Of a DNA stretch of 32,000 nucleotides, positions 25,985 to 32,000 are shown piece after piece. The notes under the pieces are model-generated. The model was not told the origin of the DNA and did not search any database. It saw only the letters and a program-made list of their open reading frames with translations. The DNA lies in NCBI RefSeq assembly GCF_018336915.1, contig NZ_CP064923.1, forward strand, positions 3,420,001 through 3,452,000, read 5' to 3'. Within the stretch, counting starts at the first letter, position 1; every line of letters begins with the position of its first letter. The position numbers and the translations under genes are program-made. Source of the stretch: Acaryochloris marina S15. Its GTDB lineage: Bacteria > Cyanobacteriota > Cyanobacteriia > Thermosynechococcales > Thermosynechococcaceae.

Positions 25985-27565
25985 TTATTCCGGAATAAAC
26001 ACCTCTGCTAAGAAAGGAGCCAACTCTTTATTAAGACGCCCTGCTCTTACAAACTCAGCATAGGTATCTGCCTCAATAGCCAGTAATTCTTCTTTCAGTT
26101 GATCAGCAGTAAATTCCTTCAGTTCAGGACATTTCTTTTGCATCTCGTCCAATTCCGATTCAAGCTTGGCAAGCTGTCCCTCGACTAAGGCTGTTTGATA
26201 CCTATAAAATTCAGGTTCAATCCCCGGTCTAGCATCTCCTTTCTCTAGAAAAGCTAGGACCCGAGAAAGGGCAGCCCGACGAGCGATCGTAGCCAGATAA
26301 TCCTGCTGTTGGGTCTGATCACTGATCAACCCCAGCCCTTGCAATAAGAACTTGGTCGTCAGTCCCTGAACCAACAGCGTAAACAGCACGACCCCAAATA
26401 CCGTGGCAATAATTTCCTCGCGTTCGCCCAAGACCGCAGGCACGCTGAGAGCCAAGGCAATGGAGACCGATCCGCGCAAGCCCCCCCACCATAAGACCGT
26501 TTGATCTTTGAGAGGAATCTCTGATTTCACTGTCGCATTACTAAAGAAGCCTAAGGCAAAAATAGACACCGCCCGAGTCACTAGCATGCCGATAATAGTG
26601 ACCACAATCGTGCCCAGGTTGTCGCCCAAAATGGCAAACCGAATCTGATCGCCAATCAGCAAAAAGACGATGGAGTTCACGAAGAAAGCCAGAAAGTCCC
26701 AAAACTCTGTGACAATTAGTCGGGTTCTGGGGTTCATGCCAATCCGAGACCCAAAGTTGCCTAGCACTAAACCGGTGGTGACCACACCGATGACCCCAGA
26801 CCCGCCTAGATCCTCCGTCAGCAAATAAGACGCATAGGCAGAGACCAAAGTTAAAGACTGTTCGACCAGGGGCAAATCAAAACGCTGTGTCAGGTAGGAA
26901 ATCCCAAACCCAAGCAGAGAGCCCACCCCAATGCCAATCCCAATCACGGCTAGCAATTGTCCCAACACTTGAGACGGTTCAAAGGTGCTCACCCCTAGGG
27001 GTAATCCCACCAGAAAGCTGAAAGCCACAACAGCCATGCCATCGTTAAACAGACTTTCGCCTTCCATCAGAGTTTTGAGGCGTTTTCCTGCCCCTAATTC
27101 TCGGAATAGAGCAATCACCGAGACCGGATCAGTCGCAGACAGACTGGCCCCAATCAATAGGGCCGTGGTTATGGAAATGCCTGCAAATTTGTTGAGGCCC
27201 AGGGCCACTCCACCAATGGTGATGACTACCCCGAAAATGGCATACAGACAGATGGGGAATAAATCACTTTTGAGGTCGGACCACTTCAGATTCCAAGCCG
27301 CTTCAAATAGCAACGGCGGCAAGAAAATCGCCAGAATGAGCTCCGGAGATAAATCCACCAACCGCACATCGACAAAGGCTAACCCCAACCCTACGATGAC
27401 CAACAGCAAGGTATAAGGAATTTGGCGAAACCAACTAAACACCTGAGGCAGGGTGGCAACACTCAAAGAGACGGATAATACCAGCAAAAATTGTTTGAGA
27501 TTACTTGCGATCGCATCTTCTGCTTCCATCGCCATCTCAGCCACAATCGGATTGCTCAACAGCAT
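25985..27565 (-). CDS. Na+/H+ (cation/proton) antiporter, CPA1/NhaP type, with cytoplasmic C-terminal domain
   Basis: 526-aa ORF with about 11-12 TM helices. It has the CPA1 motifs SLSATDPVSV and GESLFNDGMAVV, and a soluble helical tail of ~100 aa. Confidence 0.85.
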   Translation of the reverse strand: MLLSNPIVAEMAMEAEDAIASNLKQFLLVLSVSLSVATLPQVFSWFRQIPYTLLLVIVGLGLAFVDVRLVDLSPELILAIFLPPLLFEAAWNLKWSDLKSDLFPICLYAIFGVVITIGGVALGLNKFAGISITTALLIGASLSATDPVSVIALFRELGAGKRLKTLMEGESLFNDGMAVVAFSFLVGLPLGVSTFEPSQVLGQLLAVIGIGIGVGSLLGFGISYLTQRFDLPLVEQSLTLVSAYASYLLTEDLGGSGVIGVVTTGLVLGNFGSRIGMNPRTRLIVTEFWDFLAFFVNSIVFLLIGDQIRFAILGDNLGTIVVTIIGMLVTRAVSIFALGFFSNATVKSEIPLKDQTVLWWGGLRGSVSIALALSVPAVLGEREEIIATVFGVVLFTLLVQGLTTKFLLQGLGLISDQTQQQDYLATIARRAALSRVLAFLEKGDARPGIEPEFYRYQTALVEGQLAKLESELDEMQKKCPELKEFTADQLKEELLAIEADTYAEFVRAGRLNKELAPFLAEVFIPE

Positions 27566-27659
27566 TCAGTACTATTCCCCACAAACGTTTGCTTTGACTA
27601 AAGACAACGGACTTGAACAGGCTACCATCCTGTCATTAGCCCCTTATAGGCTACCCTGT

Positions 27660-29015
27660 TCAGGCCAGAATCTTGACGTCTGATTCCGGCAACCTCACCA
27701 TAAACGTACTGCCTGGGGCAGCCAAGGCCAATGGCTCGGGCTGATCAATACGGGGACTAAAGGCTTGAATATCGCCTTGCATTTGTTCCATCAGCGTTTT
27801 GGCAATGGCCAATCCTAGCCCTGTTCCAGGAATATCTGTTTGGGCCTGCACACCTCGATATTGGCGCTCAAAAACTCGTGTTAAATCAGCCTGGGGAATT
27901 CCTGGGCCGCTATCACTGATTAATAGGAATTGGGCAGGTTGGCGACCTTCAGCCAACTGGCGACAAACCTCTACCTGCACCTCGCCTCCAGCCGGGGTAT
28001 ATTTCAAAGCATTATCAAACAAATTGCTACAGACCTCACGCAACGCAATCATATCTGCCTTAATCGGGGGCAAATTGCTAGGAATCCTGACGGTGAGCTG
28101 TAGTTTTTTTTGCTCTACTCGTCCTACTGCTGACTGGATTAGGGGTTGGAGGATATCCATGAACTGGCAGAGCTGCATCTGCAGCTCATCTTCCCCTAAA
28201 GGAAGCGAGGGAGGTAAGGCCGGAGGGGTTGGTTGAGACGTTGAGACCCAAGCATCCGCATCTAGTGGCTCGATGGCCGCTTCCCCTAAATCAATAGCAC
28301 CGTCAAACTGGCGCAGCATCTCTTCTAATCGATCGCTTTGCTCAACAATACTGGCGGCAATTTTGCGATTACTTTCATCTTCCCCAAAGCGCTTGTGGAG
28401 GAGCTTGCCTAAGGTTTTCAAGGCGGTGAGTGGATTGCGAAACTGATGTAGCAGATTAGACAGGGTCTGGTGCTGTTCCGACTGCAACACTCGCTGTTGA
28501 TACTGAGCATTGGCTAGCCATTGGGATCGCTGATCCAAAATACAGGCCAGAGCTAAGGTATCAGCAATCTGCTGCAGTTGCGATTGTTCGACCTTGCTCC
28601 ACGAACGATGTTCACGGGCAGCGACCAGCAACCCCAACACCATCTCTTCATGAATTAACGGAATCACGACTTGTTGAGCTTGTGATATGGCCAGAGCTGT
28701 GGTGGAAAGCGTGTTATCTGACCAGAATTCGTCTTTTTCTAATTCAGACAAAATATTGGTTTGGCTAGAAGCTAGTGAGGCACTTGAATTCCGTTTCTGT
28801 TCAGGGTCGCTTGCGGGCAGGCGCAGGGGTGCTGGCTGTAAATTTTGCGCTGACTCTTCTGGATAAATGACGATGGGAATTAGCTCACCCTGCTGTTGCG
28901 CAGGCAAATCTTTGGACAAGTACACTGCTCCCATACTGGCCTGAAAGCTCTGCATCAATAAGGTCACCTGTGTTCGACAGAGATTGGTGAATTCAATGCT
29001 AGCGGGCAACAACAT
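27660..29015 (-). CDS. GAF-domain sensor histidine kinase, orphan (Hik2-like architecture)
   Basis: 451-aa ORF with a soluble N-terminal GAF-like region. It has H-box HQFRNPLTALKT, N-box NLFDNALKYT, G1 SDSGPGI and G2 GTGLGLAIAK. There is no TM segment and no adjacent response regulator. Confidence 0.8.
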   Translation of the reverse strand: MLLPASIEFTNLCRTQVTLLMQSFQASMGAVYLSKDLPAQQQGELIPIVIYPEESAQNLQPAPLRLPASDPEQKRNSSASLASSQTNILSELEKDEFWSDNTLSTTALAISQAQQVVIPLIHEEMVLGLLVAAREHRSWSKVEQSQLQQIADTLALACILDQRSQWLANAQYQQRVLQSEQHQTLSNLLHQFRNPLTALKTLGKLLHKRFGEDESNRKIAASIVEQSDRLEEMLRQFDGAIDLGEAAIEPLDADAWVSTSQPTPPALPPSLPLGEDELQMQLCQFMDILQPLIQSAVGRVEQKKLQLTVRIPSNLPPIKADMIALREVCSNLFDNALKYTPAGGEVQVEVCRQLAEGRQPAQFLLISDSGPGIPQADLTRVFERQYRGVQAQTDIPGTGLGLAIAKTLMEQMQGDIQAFSPRIDQPEPLALAAPGSTFMVRLPESDVKILA

Positions 29016-29209
29016 ATGACAGGAGCAAACAAGGCTGGAATAGAATTCTCACTCTTACACACTCTAATGGATTTCTAGAGGCTTGATCAGCTAATCCTGC
29101 GATATGAGGGTTGACATAAAACACATTTTCTTATCCATTTTATGCTTCTAGAACAATACAAAAGAGTCAGAAGAAAGTGCCTGGTTAGAGACTGATGATT
29201 TCATTGGTC

Positions 29210-29243
29210 TTTTATTGCAGAATTGGCAGTGTCTGCAATAAAA
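29210..29243. promoter_or_regulatory. Perfect 12-bp inverted repeat in the divergent kinase/TpsB intergenic region
   Basis: ttttattgcaga (29210-29221) and tctgcaataaaa (29232-29243) are exact reverse complements with a 10-nt spacer (attggcagtg). Both flanking genes read away from the site, so a terminator role is unlikely. Confidence 0.3.
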
Positions 29244-29505
29244 ACTTTGCTTATGGGGGAATCTAAGTACCAGGGTTAAAACACCCTTGATATCAATTTC
29301 GATATTCTGTTCAAGCCATATGCTTACGAGCCTGATGGGATCTTGAATCGAGAAAGACAGGCAGGAATCAAACTGCCGAGAAAGATTTATTTTTGTTGAG
29401 TAACTGCGTATTTTTCAAGAGACATCATGATGTTAAAGTGAGCTTAATCTAAATAGAATCACTACCCTATTCCTAAGCTAATACAGTTACTGATGAACCC
29501 TAAAG

Positions 29506-31287
29506 ATGGCTTCTGAATATCGTTTTATTCGCCTTCGCTTTCACCTACTCAGAACTTTTTTGGGCTTATGGGGACTCTATCTTCTCCCCCTAGGGGTTAG
29601 GGCTCAAACTGCCCCACCTCCTGGCGTTCCAAATATCCCCCCAGATGTTACTCCCATTGAACCTATCGAGCCTAGGACTTTCCCGAAACCAGCACCTCAG
29701 GCTCCCCCAAAGTTACCCCCTTCTGAGGACTTGCTGAACGCTCCACCCCAGCCAACGCCTCAACCAGAATCTCCGGATAACCCTAACTTCATTGCCGTGA
29801 CGGAATACCGTATCACTGGCAATACGGTGTTAAGCGAAGAAGAAATACAACAGGTTACTAAGCCCTTCACAGGGGATGCTGTGCCTTTCTCTCGGCTGCT
29901 AGAAGCCCGTTCTGCCCTAACTCAGTACTATATCGATCAAGGCTACATCACCTCAGGAGCCTACTTGCCAGCAGACCAGGTAATTGAGAAAGGAATAGTG
30001 ACCTTACAAGTCGTGGAAGGACGGCTGGAAGGTATCGAAGTCTCAGGAAATAAGCATCTGAAGTCTAGCTATGTTAGCAAACGCCTAAACCTGGGGGCGG
30101 GGCCGCCTCTGAATGTGAATGAGCTATTGGGGGCAATGCGATTGCTCCAGATCGATCCTCTGATTGGGAACCTCTCTGCTGAACTGACGGCAGGCTCTGG
30201 CCCTGGTTTGAGTATTCTGCAGGTAAAAGTTGAAGAGGCTCCTTCCTTTGATGTGCAGTTCGTCTTAGACAACCAGCGTTCTGGCAGTATTGGTAGTTTT
30301 CAACGGCAAGTTGTGGTCAGTGAAGCCAACCTCTTCGGATTTGGAGATGGGGTGCGGTTGGGGTATGCCAATACCGATGGTAGTAATGAATTGGACTTTA
30401 GCTATACCTTTCCCATCAATGCTCGCAATGGCACGATCAGCGCTAGCTTTAGCCAGGTTTGGAGTCGGGTTGTAGAAGAACCCTTCGATCAGTTGGATAT
30501 TGAAGGGGTTTCACGAGACCTGAGCTTGACCTATCGTCAGCCCGTTATTCAAACGCCCCAGAAGGAGCTGGCCTTAGGGATTACTTTAGGTCGCCAAGAA
30601 AGTGATACTTCGTTACTAGGATTCCCCTTTCCTCTTTCTCCTGGAGCTGATGCTGAAGGGCGTACTGAAATTTCCCAACTCCGGTTATTCCAGGAGTGGA
30701 CCCAGCGGGGAAATGATTCGGTGTTAGCATTGAGATCAGAATTTGGTATTGGCCTAGATGCCTTTGCCACGATTAATCCAAATCCAACGGCACTGGGTGA
30801 ACCTGAAGTTCCTGATGGTCTGTTTTTCCTCTGGCGTGGACAAGCTCAGTGGGTTAAGCAGTTTGCCCCCGGCAACCTCTTACTACTGCGTTCAACTGCT
30901 CAATTTGCAGACCGCTCCTTAGTCCCTCTGCAGCAGTACGGTTTAGGGGGACTCAATAGTGTTCGAGGGTATCCTCAAAATCTCTTGCTGGTTGATAACG
31001 GCTTATTTGGTTCCGCAGAGTATCGTTTACCTCTGGCTCGGTTTGGCGATAACCAAGAAGGACTATTACAGCTGGCCCCCTTCTTCGATCTCGGCCATGG
31101 ATGGGGTAACACAGATGGATCGAGAACAGAGACTTTAGCTGCTGTGGGTTTGGGGCTTAGATGGCAGTGGTCCGACCTGATGTCTGCTCGGTTAGATTGG
31201 GGAATTCCAATTATCTCCATTGGGCCAGAAACAAGTGGTTTTGATGATAGTCAGCTCTTTTTCTCAATTGTGGTCAGTCCGTTTTAA
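29506..31287 (+). CDS. ShlB/FhaC/HecB-family two-partner-secretion outer-membrane transporter (TpsB) with POTRA domains
   Basis: 593-aa ORF with a signal peptide and a proline-rich linker (PPPGVPNIPPDVTPIEPIEP...). The POTRA segment is ITGNTVLSEEEIQQVTKPFTGDAVPFSRLLEARSALTQYYIDQGYITSGAYLP...LQVVEGRLEGIEVSGN. A beta-barrel follows, ending in the aromatic terminal residue ...VVSPF. Confidence 0.85.
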   Translation: MASEYRFIRLRFHLLRTFLGLWGLYLLPLGVRAQTAPPPGVPNIPPDVTPIEPIEPRTFPKPAPQAPPKLPPSEDLLNAPPQPTPQPESPDNPNFIAVTEYRITGNTVLSEEEIQQVTKPFTGDAVPFSRLLEARSALTQYYIDQGYITSGAYLPADQVIEKGIVTLQVVEGRLEGIEVSGNKHLKSSYVSKRLNLGAGPPLNVNELLGAMRLLQIDPLIGNLSAELTAGSGPGLSILQVKVEEAPSFDVQFVLDNQRSGSIGSFQRQVVVSEANLFGFGDGVRLGYANTDGSNELDFSYTFPINARNGTISASFSQVWSRVVEEPFDQLDIEGVSRDLSLTYRQPVIQTPQKELALGITLGRQESDTSLLGFPFPLSPGADAEGRTEISQLRLFQEWTQRGNDSVLALRSEFGIGLDAFATINPNPTALGEPEVPDGLFFLWRGQAQWVKQFAPGNLLLLRSTAQFADRSLVPLQQYGLGGLNSVRGYPQNLLLVDNGLFGSAEYRLPLARFGDNQEGLLQLAPFFDLGHGWGNTDGSRTETLAAVGLGLRWQWSDLMSARLDWGIPIISIGPETSGFDDSQLFFSIVVSPF

Positions 31288-31375
31288 GTCTTACCCTTCT
31301 GAGCTGTTCTATCTTGCTCTGCACAATAGGCAGAACAGATGGGCAAATTGGGAGTACAAGACACCGCAAGGAAAA

Positions 31376-32000
31376 ATGACGATGCAACTGCCTGCCAATT
31401 GGCAACTCCCCGATGAGATTAAGCGCCGTTTTGGCCAGAAGGGGGCTGGTAAACAGCGTGCGATGCTAGCCAATGGCCATCTGTTGCTGGTTCTCCATAA
31501 ACTCCCCCAACCAGGCAGTCGACAGCGACAAGGGATCTTTTTTTGGCGCCATCCCCAAGGAACCTGGAAATGCAGCGAAGGGGGAGAAGGCTTACCCCGG
31601 CTCAGAAAACATCTCAAAGGCTATAGCAAAGCAGAACAGCAATTGAGTCAAGAATATAGCCAAGCTGCCTTGGCTGAAGACTATTTCCAAATCCTAGAAA
31701 ACTTGGCTCCTATCTGTCGTGCTGCCAAAAATATGATGGATACGCTGCAGGCTGCTCGGGAGGGGGTACCCGAGGATAGAGACATTATTGATCTACGGGA
31801 TTGGGCTAGTGATTTAGATCGGACCTTGGATTTGCTCTATACCGATGTTAAAAATGCTTTGGAGTTTGATTTAGCAAAACGAGCGGAGGAACAAAGTCGT
31901 CTTAGTTTGGAGTCGGTCCGTATGGCTCAGCGCCTGAATCTGTTAGCTGCCATATTTTTACCCCTCACAGCACTGTGTAGTTTGTTTGGGATGAACTTGC
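31376..32000 (+). CDS. CorA-like divalent metal ion transporter, 3-prime truncated by the window end
   Basis: My own translation from ATG 31376 (preceded by caaggaaaa) stays open for 208 codons to the window edge: MTMQLPANWQLPDEIKRRFGQKG...LNLLAAIFLPLTALCSLFGMNL. It ends in the CorA signature GMN just after the first TM helix. It is absent from the ORF track because no stop codon is reached. Confidence 0.7.
   Translation, partial: MTMQLPANWQLPDEIKRRFGQKGAGKQRAMLANGHLLLVLHKLPQPGSRQRQGIFFWRHPQGTWKCSEGGEGLPRLRKHLKGYSKAEQQLSQEYSQAALAEDYFQILENLAPICRAAKNMMDTLQAAREGVPEDRDIIDLRDWASDLDRTLDLLYTDVKNALEFDLAKRAEEQSRLSLESVRMAQRLNLLAAIFLPLTALCSLFGMNL

Noticed and set aside
2279-31287. Treating the DUF928 gene and the ShlB/FhaC-type gene as one secretion locus
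   Set aside because: They are 26 kb apart with about 20 unrelated genes between them, and no CHAT or TPS-domain cargo gene is present, so no operon-level link is supported from this window.
31309-31617. 102-aa minus-strand ORF at the right end
   Set aside because: It lies antisense to an open plus-strand frame (31376 to the window end) that encodes a CorA-like protein ending in the GMN motif. The minus-strand peptide is Cys/Trp/Arg-rich and of low plausibility.
1-32000. CRISPR arrays, rRNA genes, integrase/transposase genes, prophage blocks
   Set aside because: I saw no regularly spaced direct repeats, no rRNA-like conserved stretches, and no ORF with recombinase, transposase or phage structural motifs on either strand.

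Overview
This window looks like chromosomal DNA from a cyanobacterium. By eye I found 13 copies of the HIP1 octamer GCGATCGC, against about 0.5 expected from 32000/65536 under uniform base composition. A DevBCA-type exporter, a DUF928 protein and WD40/TPR proteins fit the same origin. I support 27 protein-coding genes, and most are ordinary housekeeping or envelope functions: WD40 protein, DUF928, MuiA/DUF4139-like protein, Rieske protein, phosphodiester glycosidase, adenosine deaminase family protein, MscS channel, a TetR-DevB-DevC-DUF4336-DevA operon, trypsin-like protease with TPRs, UppS, an NhaP-type antiporter, a GAF histidine kinase, a TpsB/ShlB-type outer-membrane transporter, and a 3-prime-truncated CorA-like gene that is missing from the ORF track. 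The least ordinary stretch is about 16.06-20.7 kb. It has long AT-rich spacers and no HIP1 site. It carries (i) a stand-alone 428-aa protein with an N-terminal nucleoside-2-deoxyribosyltransferase/TIR-like domain (motif ADLSTSNANAIYELG) joined to an ASK1-type helical region (DUF4071-like), my best candidate for an undescribed single-gene nucleotide-targeting conflict or signalling module; (ii) an orphan, eukaryote-like kynurenine 3-monooxygenase homologue with a C-terminal membrane anchor; (iii) a perfect 30-bp inverted repeat flanking a 94-bp core, which looks like a MITE; and (iv) a domain-less 198-aa protein. Other observations are a perfect 10-bp inverted-repeat operator upstream of the TetR gene whose half-site recurs twice elsewhere, a DUF4336 gene between devC and devA, a soluble acyl-ACP-desaturase-like di-iron protein, and a 12-bp inverted repeat in the divergent kinase/TpsB promoter region. 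All family assignments rest on motifs I recognise by eye. No BLAST or HMM search was possible. I saw no rRNA, tRNA or CRISPR array.
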